In this document: positions 1 through 9,073 of the stretch, one piece after another
Position numbering within the stretch: the stretch's first letter is position 1
Layout: every line of letters starts with the position of its first letter
Virus record (IMG/VR): IMGVR_UViG_3300009155_000038
Source: a virus
Direction: 5' to 3' (one strand)
Length of the DNA: 64,000 bases
Made by a program: the position numbers and the translations under genes
The notes under the pieces: generated by a model
What the model saw: only the letters and a program-made list of their open reading frames with translations
Database searches by the model: none
Told to the model about the DNA's origin: nothing

Positions 1-959
1 GTTGGTTGCGCTCTGACAGCCCGCTCGACGAGTAAAACGCAATACTCTCGGCTATCATAAACATACTGAAATCCGGTCGTATGAACAAGGTATAACCGAT
101 TATCGTCACTAATCTGTACAGCCCAAGGACGACCGTACGGGTCATTTGCTGGAGGAAACCAGCGTGCCGCGTTTTGCTCAAATCGCAGGTCGTAAATAAG
201 AACTAAAAAGCCGCTCTCCTCAAAGTTCTCAGTATCTTGTCGCGCAACGTTTACAAGCACTTCGTGAAAAAAGGCGGGGACAGTACCAATACCCTCTTTT
301 TCGAAGTACAGCAGTTTCTGCGGCGGACCTACCAGTGTTGTTTTTGTTACAACTGGCTGCTGCGCCGACGGCATTTGCGTAGGTTGCTTTTTCAAGCCAA
401 ACGCCGCCATCGGGCTGTAGCTCCTGTCGATTTTTTCGATAGGCGGCATGGCAGACTGTTTGATTAACGGATTCGGCTGCGCGCCATAACTTTCGAGGGC
501 GTCAACTTCTGCATCCAGCTCGGCAATCATGGCCAGCGTTTCGTCGTCATCACGAACGCGGGGCTGTGGCTTAGCCGGCGCCGCAAACGCGGCCTGCTTT
601 GCCGGAACCCGCTGAACACCTGATTTAGATATCTTTGCCAGTTCTTCAAATGCCACGGCTGCGCGCTCCCTTATGGATTCGATGTCGTTGCCAGTTACTG
701 TTTGATTTGCAAACGTCAAAGCCTGTGTCACCCGGTCCGCTGTCATCTGCCCAAGTGTTAACTGACTATTCATGCCGTCAGGCTCGACATTAATAGCAAT
801 GGCGCTGCGGTCGTGTGGGTTAAAATTAATAGGTGTGCCGCCACCATTTGACGGAGCGACTACTACACCCTTTAGTCCGCGCGGACCGCCGCGCATAAGG
901 TCAGCCATCGACCGACCGTTCTGCAAACGTTCTTTTGCGGGATCCCCATACTGCGACAT
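1..959 (-). CDS. Hypothetical protein (3' end runs off the window; not in the ORF track)
   Basis: ATG at 959 preceded by GGAG. I translated an open frame of about 319 codons (MSQYGDPAKERLQ...EYCVLLVERAVRAQP) with no stop to base 1. Confidence 0.85.
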   Translation of the reverse strand, partial: MSQYGDPAKERLQNGRSMADLMRGGPRGLKGVVVAPSNGGGTPINFNPHDRSAIAINVEPDGMNSQLTLGQMTADRVTQALTFANQTVTGNDIESIRERAAVAFEELAKISKSGVQRVPAKQAAFAAPAKPQPRVRDDDETLAMIAELDAEVDALESYGAQPNPLIKQSAMPPIEKIDRSYSPMAAFGLKKQPTQMPSAQQPVVTKTTLVGPPQKLLYFEKEGIGTVPAFFHEVLVNVARQDTENFEESGFLVLIYDLRFEQNAARWFPPANDPYGRPWAVQISDDNRLYLVHTTGFQYVYDSREYCVLLVERAVRAQP

Positions 960-997
960 AAAAGCTCCAATAGCTAAAAAAAACGGGGGGAGCAGCC

Positions 998-1288
998 TTA
1001 CGCTGCGTCCCCCCGGAAAGATTCTGGCTTCAGGTCCGGGCAGACACTGTATAACCGATCCCGCGGGATTTGGAAATACAAACGGCCCAGCGGTACCCCT
1101 TCGCCGCAGGCGACTTTCACCTGCGACTGCGCTGGCAGAACCTCTGCCAGCACAGCCCCTGAAACTAAATGCGCTACTACTAACCCGAGCCCATCATTTG
1201 CTGAGAATGTCGGCAACGTACATGGCATGGCGTCTATTTTAAGTAGCCAATCCAGCACATCTTGTTTCGGGTTAATAAAATAACGCAT
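998..1288 (-). CDS. Hypothetical protein
   Basis: Start MRYFINPK shares a TAATG overlap with the upstream stop at 1288. Confidence 0.7.
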   Translation of the reverse strand: MRYFINPKQDVLDWLLKIDAMPCTLPTFSANDGLGLVVAHLVSGAVLAEVLPAQSQVKVACGEGVPLGRLYFQIPRDRLYSVCPDLKPESFRGDAA

Positions 1289-2301
1289 TACATTGCCTCT
1301 GCCGTTGCTTCTACGGTGTCGTACACCGAGAACCGATTGGCCGGAGTCCAATCAATCGGAGCCAGAAACGCGCCGGTATATGGCGCCGGCATATCCTGCC
1401 AGTCTGCAATGTCGCAGAGCTGGATAGATGACAGCCGGTTCATGACCAGCGGCTGTTCCGGGTTCAACGCCGCAACGATCAGCTCCTGATCCGTAGCCTC
1501 GCTGGCCACTCGGCGGCTCACCTGCCGGCGGAGATAGTGTGCCGCGTCTGCCGGCTTGTCGGCAATCACGGATTTGATATCCACACCGACCGTCACGGGC
1601 GCCTCTGGATTCAACAGCGCTTCACACACTGCCGACTCAGAAAACTCCATGTCAGGAGCCGAAGATCGAATCTCGGCCGCCAGCTCCTCAAACAGCGCCG
1701 GATCTTTCTCAGCCTGATCTAACGACTCCAGCCCGCGGCGGGCCAGAATCTTAGCCGCCGGGTTTGGAAGCCGCACTGTCATCTCTCGCACAGACACGAG
1801 CGGGTTGCGGTCCTGCGCACCCAGCACGGGTGTGTAGTCCTCAACAAATCGGCCGTTAGGCATCGTGAGCACAGACGGCCACGCCGGCTTTGCCAGTACC
1901 GGCGCCTCTCCTCGCTTGCACGCGAAGCCATAATCCAGCAGTCTATGCATGGCATCGATAGCCCGCGTAGCGAGCACCCGATGATGCGTCTTGTTCAGAT
2001 CCATCTGCGCCATTCGCCCGCCGGGAATAATTGGGGCTCTGAAATCCCACTTACCCTGCGTGACAAACACCAGTCGACCGTTACAGGGCCGGCTGATCGC
2101 AATCGACACCGTCAGGCCGCCTTCGGCCATCGTCTCAAGAATTACCGCCAACGGGCGAATTTCTTCGAGCCCGTACCTAATCGGATCGTCGAACGTCCGC
2201 GCCTCACCGGGCAGCCAGCTTACCGCCGCCAGACCTTCGACCAGATGGCCGATTCGATCGAACTGCTGGACCATCTTGGTTTGAATTTCGCTGAGTCTCA
2301 T
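1288..2301 (-). CDS. Hypothetical protein
   Basis: Long ORF; likely start MRLSEIQ with AAGGA SD. Confidence 0.85.
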   Translation of the reverse strand: MRLSEIQTKMVQQFDRIGHLVEGLAAVSWLPGEARTFDDPIRYGLEEIRPLAVILETMAEGGLTVSIAISRPCNGRLVFVTQGKWDFRAPIIPGGRMAQMDLNKTHHRVLATRAIDAMHRLLDYGFACKRGEAPVLAKPAWPSVLTMPNGRFVEDYTPVLGAQDRNPLVSVREMTVRLPNPAAKILARRGLESLDQAEKDPALFEELAAEIRSSAPDMEFSESAVCEALLNPEAPVTVGVDIKSVIADKPADAAHYLRRQVSRRVASEATDQELIVAALNPEQPLVMNRLSSIQLCDIADWQDMPAPYTGAFLAPIDWTPANRFSVYDTVEATAEAM

Positions 2302-2503
2302 GTTTCTGTCCTTCTGCACAAAAGGTGTTTGTTGTTGTCGCTATATCGCGCCTATTCTCACCGCTGAAATACTTATCACCAGAAAACTTATCCCAATCCT
2401 CTGGTGAAACATCTAGATCGTAAAGCTTGACACGGATCATGCCGTTCTCAAGCTTAAATTGTTTCTTAACTGACAGGCCTCTGAACGTTTTAAGCAGAGA
2501 CAT
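2204..2503 (-). CDS. Hypothetical protein
   Basis: GGAGG SD 8 nt before ATG (MSLLKTF). The C-terminus overlaps the next gene by about 98 nt. Confidence 0.55.
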   Translation of the reverse strand: MSLLKTFRGLSVKKQFKLENGMIRVKLYDLDVSPEDWDKFSGDKYFSGENRRDIATTTNTFCAEGQKHETQRNSNQDGPAVRSNRPSGRRSGGGKLAAR

Positions 2504-2604
2504 GCATTGCGCCTCCATTTGCAACTCTACGGTTGCAGCAATATTTACCACGACGAACAACACAACGTACGTCGCAGTAAATATGCCCGGTTAACGCAAA
2601 AAAT

Positions 2605-3033
2605 TTAGCTGTCAGGATCCGGCAGAATACTGTCAAAAACGTTCATCACGTTCTCGTTGTCTTCTGGAAAAAAGTCATCTGACTGGCTCGCCCGCGGAAC
2701 CTTGGGAGTTTTAATCTCCGGCGGGTCTTCAAGATGGATCGGGTCGAGGCCCAGATATCCTGTGTCGTCTGGTTCCAGCTCCGCATCTGGTGCCGAATAG
2801 AGCGGCAGGTTTCCCCACGGCGTAAGCAAGTGGCGAAATGGCGGTTTAGATATTTGAAGCCGTAAACCAGCGAACGTAAATACAGATACGTCTCGGTCGA
2901 TAAGCTCGCGTAACCGCGTGGCTAGCTTATCCAGCGCGTCAAACTCTTCAACGGTATATGCGCCGTCAGCGTGAAGAATTGCGGCGTAGTAATTTCCGGG
3001 CTGCGGCACATCCTTGTTTTCCGCTTCTGCCAT
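2605..3033 (-). CDS. Hypothetical protein, acidic C-terminus
   Basis: 142-aa ORF coupled to the upstream gene at 3033. Confidence 0.8.
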   Translation of the reverse strand: MAEAENKDVPQPGNYYAAILHADGAYTVEEFDALDKLATRLRELIDRDVSVFTFAGLRLQISKPPFRHLLTPWGNLPLYSAPDAELEPDDTGYLGLDPIHLEDPPEIKTPKVPRASQSDDFFPEDNENVMNVFDSILPDPDS

Positions 3034-3677
3034 TATTCGTCTCGCATAGTAAGTGGGTCTTCTCCGGTAAAACCACCAAGAATTTCTGCCGAACGAACAG
3101 CGCCCGGTATTTGAATTTGCGCAGCTTGTGAATCGAGCATGCGCACAATCGGCGGCTTATCAAATCGGCCAGATAGCAGTACGGCACCTTTGTTTGTCAG
3201 GGCTCCAAACACAGTTATGTTTAAGAACTCAAGTGTCTTCGCCGTCGGATCTGGGACAGGCAATTCGTAGTAAAACGTGCTGGCAAAGAATTGCGTTTTT
3301 GGGCACGAGAATGCAATACCGCCCAGAAACGAAAAACACTCTTCTTTTCTATCGGTGTCAATACCATAAATCCGCTTATCCCAATTCACTGGCGTTACTC
3401 TACCCGGAGGTGGCATAACGCCTAATCCGCGGAAAAAAACATCGTCGCCTTTGAGGTCTATACAGAACGGTCGCAAGTCGCGTGACTCGGCGGGGAACCG
3501 CGCATCAAACTCAACCACTGGATCACGATCAAACCCAGCGTGCGTAAACAACAGCGCCGGCGTGAACAATACCAGCGGCTTTTCACGCCGGCGCAAAGCT
3601 TCGCTGCACGAAATAGCCTGAATAGCGTCAGCGCTTGTAATCGCCTCTACTTCAGTAAACGTGTCTGGCCGTTTCAT
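3033..3677 (-). CDS. Hypothetical protein
   Basis: 214-aa ORF in the minus-strand operon. Confidence 0.8.
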   Translation of the reverse strand: MKRPDTFTEVEAITSADAIQAISCSEALRRREKPLVLFTPALLFTHAGFDRDPVVEFDARFPAESRDLRPFCIDLKGDDVFFRGLGVMPPPGRVTPVNWDKRIYGIDTDRKEECFSFLGGIAFSCPKTQFFASTFYYELPVPDPTAKTLEFLNITVFGALTNKGAVLLSGRFDKPPIVRMLDSQAAQIQIPGAVRSAEILGGFTGEDPLTMRDE

Positions 3678-3690
3678 ACCGCCCGCGCTA

Positions 3691-4332
3691 TTACTTTTTC
3701 TTTACGTGCTCGATGCCAGCGTTGGTTGTTTGAATCAGCAGGATCAGAATAAACGCCGCGTCTACTACGTTATCGATACCGGTAGATTTGTACTTATCGG
3801 CATTGAACGCAGCGCCAAAGTTTTTGTTGGCCGCGGCAATCATTTCTTCTTTGCTTGCCTTGCCGTTACCGGTGGCGAACTTTTTAATTGTACTGATAGC
3901 AAAACCGTTGCATAGCATGTTGCCTTCTTCGGCCCATGTTGCCACGGTTACCTTCATGCCGCCCAGTACCTCAGACGCTGTAGCAACACGAGAAAGTACA
4001 GCCGGAATACCGAATTTTTTGTTAACGAAGAACTCTTTCGGCGGCGTGTACTTCACGTCTTCGTAACCCAGCACGTCGGGATTCACGACGTTTAAAAACG
4101 CCCGGAGCCGCACGAAACGAGCGGCTTTGGATTCCAGCCCCTGCGGCGAGAGATCCCACTGGAACAACTGCAGTTTTTCCTGCAGCAGCTTTTTGCCGGG
4201 GATGTGGTCGTAGATACCTACGCCGCAGTTGCTACCAAGATCGAGCCCAATAAACCGGATTGCGTCGTCTGACTTCTTTGCCAACTTGGCCCGGAACTGA
4301 TCCGGGTCTTTGTACATCCTGTACTTCGGCAT
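3691..4332 (-). CDS. ruvC: Holliday junction resolvase, RuvC-like
   Basis: Motifs FIGLDLG, LGYED, TIKKFATGNGKASKEEM and DNVVDA match RuvC catalytic D/E/D positions and the KK.ATG.G.A.K motif. Confidence 0.85.
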   Translation of the reverse strand: MPKYRMYKDPDQFRAKLAKKSDDAIRFIGLDLGSNCGVGIYDHIPGKKLLQEKLQLFQWDLSPQGLESKAARFVRLRAFLNVVNPDVLGYEDVKYTPPKEFFVNKKFGIPAVLSRVATASEVLGGMKVTVATWAEEGNMLCNGFAISTIKKFATGNGKASKEEMIAAANKNFGAAFNADKYKSTGIDNVVDAAFILILLIQTTNAGIEHVKKK

Positions 4333-4342
4333 TATTTGCTTT

Positions 4343-5002
4343 CTATCGGCTGGGCCTAAATATTTCTCGAACTCGTTGCAGCAGCGTCTTAGGTTGTACA
4401 GCTGCAACTGACTGTGTCGTCATTTGTGCGGCTGCAAGCTTTTCGCGTGTGGCTTCAAGCTCTTTATACATCACGTTTAGTCTTGCCTGCAATACGTCGT
4501 TGCGCATTCGCAAATGATCCGCTGCAAAATCTGCGTCGTACGTTGGCGCACCTGTCGCCTCCGCAAACACTCTTACGGCCGAAGAGAACCTCGCCATATT
4601 TGTCTGCGCAGGTGATTCTTCGCCAATAACAGAAACTTCGCGTACAGCCAAGAACCAAGCGGCGCAGCATACCTCACCAATCGCAGCAAACAATACCTGC
4701 CGCAGTGGGTAGCTGAATTCCACAAAGTTCCGTCGGGCCAGAGCCTGCTCAAAACTAGTCACAGGATCTGCGGCATTTACAAAGTCTCGTTGCGCTGCCG
4801 CGAGAGCTTCAGCAATTTTGACGACGTCGGTTTCTTTGATGTTGTGTTTTTCGTACCACTCGGTCGCTTCTGGAGACAGCGCCGCAAGATCCAGATTTTC
4901 AATAGCGCGTGTCATTAGCGTTGGCGTGATGTAAGCATAGTCCCGATCTGGATTATACATCGGGCCATTATCGCCTTTTTGCCTGTAGCCAATTGAGCCC
5001 AT
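4343..5002 (-). CDS. Hypothetical protein with C-terminal coiled coil
   Basis: 219-aa ORF, AAGGA SD. Confidence 0.8.
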   Translation of the reverse strand: MGSIGYRQKGDNGPMYNPDRDYAYITPTLMTRAIENLDLAALSPEATEWYEKHNIKETDVVKIAEALAAAQRDFVNAADPVTSFEQALARRNFVEFSYPLRQVLFAAIGEVCCAAWFLAVREVSVIGEESPAQTNMARFSSAVRVFAEATGAPTYDADFAADHLRMRNDVLQARLNVMYKELEATREKLAAAQMTTQSVAAVQPKTLLQRVREIFRPSR

Positions 5003-5026
5003 AACGAGTCCTTTCTTTTGAAATAG

Positions 5027-5875
5027 TTATTGCGCTGTTGCGCGGTGACTACTTACATGCTGACAACGTATACACATAAGACCGCTATCTTCTGGATCAA
5101 AAAAGCCGTTCATCTTGCAGTTCTCGCAATAGCGCGATTCGTACGTTTTAGGATGCACGGCATGCTCGCAGAGATCATGGCCAACGAAACAACTCACGCA
5201 CGAATGGTCGTATCCCTGCGGGCAAGGCTGTGCACGGCAACGAACTTCCAGCAGACCACGATTGGCTTTAATCATGCTGCCGGTGGCGCTGACCCGCGAA
5301 AAATATGGCGTTTCGCCACTACGCCCGGCGTCGATATGCGCAAAGAAAAGCAGATTCACAAAGTGCATCGGCGTCGTATAGGGATACTGACCCCACGGCG
5401 CCGAGAACCCCAATGAGCGCGAAATAGCCCGGCAATTACCGTCAGACAGAAACTGCGTAAAACCCATCGGGCACGGTGTGCCAGCAAGCGCCCGACAAAA
5501 CAATAGATGCCCGGAGTTATTCTTACGGAAATACGGTTGCACGCTTTCGACGCAAACAGGTACTTGCTCGTCGGCGATTTGTCGCGTCCACGGCAGAACC
5601 GGCAACCCGTCGATAAGCTTGTCAACATTGCCGGCCAACCGCCACGCCAGCGACTTCGCCGCCGAGCTTGTCAATATCGTGCCGGCCAGCGCGCGAACAG
5701 AATCAAACACAGCCGTTCGCACAGCTGTTTCCGGCATCTCCGCCATGATATCTTTACTCATATCGTAGACAATTGTGCCGACAATATGCGCGTCAATATA
5801 TGGACGGAGTGCGCGGGTAAACAGCTTGTCGCGGCGGGCTTTAACTCTCTGGTAGCTAAACGCTGCTTGATGCAT
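5027..5875 (-). CDS. Hypothetical protein with Cys-rich, putative Zn-binding C-terminus
   Basis: CVSC, CENC and CIRC pairs plus further Cys/His residues. Confidence 0.8.
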   Translation of the reverse strand: MHQAAFSYQRVKARRDKLFTRALRPYIDAHIVGTIVYDMSKDIMAEMPETAVRTAVFDSVRALAGTILTSSAAKSLAWRLAGNVDKLIDGLPVLPWTRQIADEQVPVCVESVQPYFRKNNSGHLLFCRALAGTPCPMGFTQFLSDGNCRAISRSLGFSAPWGQYPYTTPMHFVNLLFFAHIDAGRSGETPYFSRVSATGSMIKANRGLLEVRCRAQPCPQGYDHSCVSCFVGHDLCEHAVHPKTYESRYCENCKMNGFFDPEDSGLMCIRCQHVSSHRATAQ

Positions 5876-6425
5876 TTTCGCCCTGCTGCTCCGTGGCTTC
5901 CGGTGCGGCCGCTGTGAACTTACGCGTCGGGTTATTAGCTTCCCACGCTGCCTTAGCCTTGCTGCTCGTCTCCTCTGTCAACGTAGCGATGTTCTTGACA
6001 GCCGCTGCTTCTTGCTCAAGCTGACCAATAATAGACCCAAGCTCGCCGGACAAGAGGTTAGCGATATCGCCAACACAGATGACATTTTTAACTACAGCCT
6101 CGGCCGTAGCGCCATCGACGCCGTCCTTGACTGTTTGAAACTTGAAAACAATCTCAGAAATCTTGAGCGATGGCGGCAGCGGATCATTGAAAGACTTGCC
6201 GTTTAGTTCGTTGGTAAGAGCTTTCAATGCCTCGAACCGCGTGTACATCTCTTCAATTTTTACCGCTGAGTTCTTGATCAGCTCACCAGCGTTTACGCGG
6301 ACTTCAGTCTGCGTCTGCGTGGCTTGTAGCGCTTTTGCCAGTGCAGAAGCATCAAGCCGAACAGGTACGTTGATGCTGGATGGGGCTTCTGTCTTAATCG
6401 CGTCTACAACTGTCGGTTGCGCCAT
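5856..6425 (-). CDS. Hypothetical helical protein
   Basis: 189-aa ORF with strong codon bias. Confidence 0.8.
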   Translation of the reverse strand: MAQPTVVDAIKTEAPSSINVPVRLDASALAKALQATQTQTEVRVNAGELIKNSAVKIEEMYTRFEALKALTNELNGKSFNDPLPPSLKISEIVFKFQTVKDGVDGATAEAVVKNVICVGDIANLLSGELGSIIGQLEQEAAAVKNIATLTEETSSKAKAAWEANNPTRKFTAAAPEATEQQGENASSSV

Positions 6426-6436
6426 AATTTACTCCT

Positions 6437-6841
6437 TTAGGCTGTGACTACTGCAAAACCAAACCAATACCGTAACCCGGTATTGATATCTGTATCAGAA
6501 TCGTACAAAAGTTCAACTGGGTTGCCCGTCGCCACATATAAGTGCGTAATTCCTTGCGGCAAATATGCGGCGCAGGACAGCCCCACATGCAGAGGAAAAG
6601 CTAACGCCAAATCCGCAGACGGATTTAACGTATACGAAAACAACGGAACACGAATGTACTCATCAGCGCCGGCATTCGACCACTGCGGTGGTGTTTCAGA
6701 AACAAATGGCGCCGACAAAATCTGCCAGTTTAACGCGCCAAGTTTTGTGCGCTTCTTAACGATTGCTGGCTCAAACGGCATGTCTGCCGGCCAACGCTCT
6801 TTCGTCTTAAGCATGTCGAGTTGCTCAACTATCAGTTTCAT
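6437..6841 (-). CDS. Hypothetical protein
   Basis: 134-aa ORF overlapping the upstream gene end. Confidence 0.75.
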   Translation of the reverse strand: MKLIVEQLDMLKTKERWPADMPFEPAIVKKRTKLGALNWQILSAPFVSETPPQWSNAGADEYIRVPLFSYTLNPSADLALAFPLHVGLSCAAYLPQGITHLYVATGNPVELLYDSDTDINTGLRYWFGFAVVTA

Positions 6842-7565
6842 TTGGATGATAAAACCCTATTGGTTTTTCGTCGTTACCGCGTTTTGACGCAGCAGCTTCT
6901 ACACCAGAATCGTTTGCATTGATCCAAACGCCGTCACGAAAATGACAGATAGCCAAGTCCTGTTGTCTACACAGTTCGCCCAGCATGACGTCGACACCGC
7001 GATGCCGAAAGTTTACCGCGGGCCAGTCGAACTGCTGAAGAACAGACGACCGAATCGCCCACCAGCTGCCGGACACAAACTGCACATATGGCTGCGGTTC
7101 TTTGCCGTTGTACCATGGCTGCGCTTTAATCCAGTCAGGCTGATTACCGGCCAGCCGTGTCTTATAGACGGAGCCAGCCAAGCTGCAGCAGTCTAACTGT
7201 TTTTTGAGCCGTGGCAACCACTTGTCGGGCTCATTATCCGGGGCCAGACAAGAATCATCGTCGAACCACATGGTCACCGGCGCCGTCATAGGTTGCGCCA
7301 GAAATAGACGCCGCATCAACGGATATTTATGCATGTTGTGCGGCGAGTCAACCAAAACTGCCTGCCGGAAATGACGGCCTATTTGCTCTCGAACGAACTG
7401 CCGGGTCCTATCACCGACGGCGTTACAACCGAAGCGAAATTCAACGTTCTGCTCGGCCAGCTTGCGCATTGGGTCGTTTAACACCCGCTGCGCAAGTTTA
7501 AAGCAATAGTCGTCGTGCCCGTAAAACAATACGCACACACAGACATCAGCGGGTCCATCCGCCAT
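6825..7565 (-). CDS. Glycosyltransferase, GT-A fold (GT2-like)
   Basis: N-terminal VCVLFY strand, N+.KYP motif, DxD-type motif WFDDDS, and late GSWWAIRS and GVDVMLG motifs. Confidence 0.6.
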   Translation of the reverse strand: MADGPADVCVCVLFYGHDDYCFKLAQRVLNDPMRKLAEQNVEFRFGCNAVGDRTRQFVREQIGRHFRQAVLVDSPHNMHKYPLMRRLFLAQPMTAPVTMWFDDDSCLAPDNEPDKWLPRLKKQLDCCSLAGSVYKTRLAGNQPDWIKAQPWYNGKEPQPYVQFVSGSWWAIRSSVLQQFDWPAVNFRHRGVDVMLGELCRQQDLAICHFRDGVWINANDSGVEAAASKRGNDEKPIGFYHPNETDS

Positions 7566-7595
7566 AGTCGGCTCCGTCCGGCAGGCAATTTTTGG

Positions 7596-8159
7596 TTACA
7601 GCTTTACGTTGCTGCGTTGCGATCTCGCCACGGCGACCGGAAGTATAACCGGGGCTGTGCGAGAGCGCGCTAGGAAATTAAGGGCTTTCACGACCTCATT
7701 CATATCAGGCGTGTCACCATTAGTTACATCCTTCACAGCTTTGTTAATCAGCTCTACGAACTTCGTGCGATCTTTGGCTGCGCTAAAATTAAATCGCACT
7801 GAAAACTGCGTAACTGTCTTACCAGCATGTTCCGCTGCAACATCGTTTTTCTCCCAAGACTTGTTAGTGTTGTTTCGCGTATACACTGTCGTCAGCCGAC
7901 CAAGAAAATCGTAGATAATAAGAACCGAAGATTTGTCTAAATCTTCCAGCAGAGAAAACACGTGCGGAAACTTTGTCGACGGAATAAACGGTAGCTGCTC
8001 AATAGTTGTTTTATCTAAGTTCACTCGCTGCAATTGAACCGGAAACATACGGTCGCCCAACTTTTCGTCGACAACCGCAAACTCCGACTCAAGACATCCA
8101 ACCCCGGGCTCGATTACCACGGGGACATTCCTCACAGAAAACATGTTGTCGCCTTTCAC
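7596..8159 (-). CDS. Hypothetical protein
   Basis: 187-aa ORF coupled to the upstream stop. Confidence 0.8.
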   Translation of the reverse strand: MKGDNMFSVRNVPVVIEPGVGCLESEFAVVDEKLGDRMFPVQLQRVNLDKTTIEQLPFIPSTKFPHVFSLLEDLDKSSVLIIYDFLGRLTTVYTRNNTNKSWEKNDVAAEHAGKTVTQFSVRFNFSAAKDRTKFVELINKAVKDVTNGDTPDMNEVVKALNFLARSRTAPVILPVAVARSQRSNVKL

Positions 8160-9043
8160 CTTGTGATATTTGAACGCGTCTTCTTACGCTGAGTCGGGGC
8201 TTCATCCACTTCTTCGTCGCTCTCTTCACGACGATCCAGTTCTTGGTTGACCTTACGACACATGCCAACGTGATCGGAAATCAGATCACCCAGCTTGTCG
8301 AAATTTTCAACGATCTCGATCAAGTAACCCCGCACTGTCTCGTCCAACCTCGTCGGCGACGCGTTCACGATGTCGTCATAGATGTTGTCCTTGTTCTCGG
8401 TTAGCCACAGATTTTCCGACCGGGCGATAAACCGGCGCTGATGCTGCAGCAAGTCATGAATCTGCTGCTTCAGGCCCTTCGGCGCCCTGTGTGTCCTGCC
8501 ACTGTTCTTCTGCTTACCGCGCAGCTCCTGCAGCTCTGTCGCCAAAGCTCGGGCTGTGTATGCCTCTTCGGCACACTTCTCTTCAATCGTCGTACGCTGC
8601 GACTCGTCGGTGATCTGAGCCAGCAGCTGTACGTGAGACGTTGTCAGACGCCACCGCGGCCTATCGGGGCACCGCAGACTCAGCAGCCGCGTGATCTCGC
8701 CCTCGGTGGGATACTTCTCAAAGAAGTTCACGGCACCGCGCAGCTGCTCGGACGTGTACACCGGCGCGAAAATCGACACCAGCAACGACGCCCCGTCCAC
8801 ATGAGACGATTGCTGCTGCGCCGTCAGGTACCGCTCCGGGTTGTTTTTGACCTCGGAGATTCGGTGACCCACGCGCCAGTACGCCGTCAGGCTGGCCACC
8901 TGAATGTCACCGAACAAATTGTCAATCTCAGAGACGATCTCCTGCAAAGCCGGCGTCAGATTTTCGTGGCGAATCAGCTGCTGCTGACTGTTGTCCACAA
9001 TCTCCGCCTGTAATGCCAAAGCCGCCTTTGATTTCCTACCCAT
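8156..9043 (-). CDS. DUF1016 N-terminal (YhcG-N)-like helical protein without the nuclease domain
   Basis: AYWRVGHRI and LTTSHVQLLAQITDESQRTTIEEKCAEEAYTARAL resemble the DUF1016_N motifs YW.IG..I and LSWSHY..L...D...R..Y...A....WS.R.L. Confidence 0.55.
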   Translation of the reverse strand: MGRKSKAALALQAEIVDNSQQQLIRHENLTPALQEIVSEIDNLFGDIQVASLTAYWRVGHRISEVKNNPERYLTAQQQSSHVDGASLLVSIFAPVYTSEQLRGAVNFFEKYPTEGEITRLLSLRCPDRPRWRLTTSHVQLLAQITDESQRTTIEEKCAEEAYTARALATELQELRGKQKNSGRTHRAPKGLKQQIHDLLQHQRRFIARSENLWLTENKDNIYDDIVNASPTRLDETVRGYLIEIVENFDKLGDLISDHVGMCRKVNQELDRREESDEEVDEAPTQRKKTRSNITR

Positions 9044-9073
9044 TGCATTCCTCCATAAATAAATGGCCTAAAC

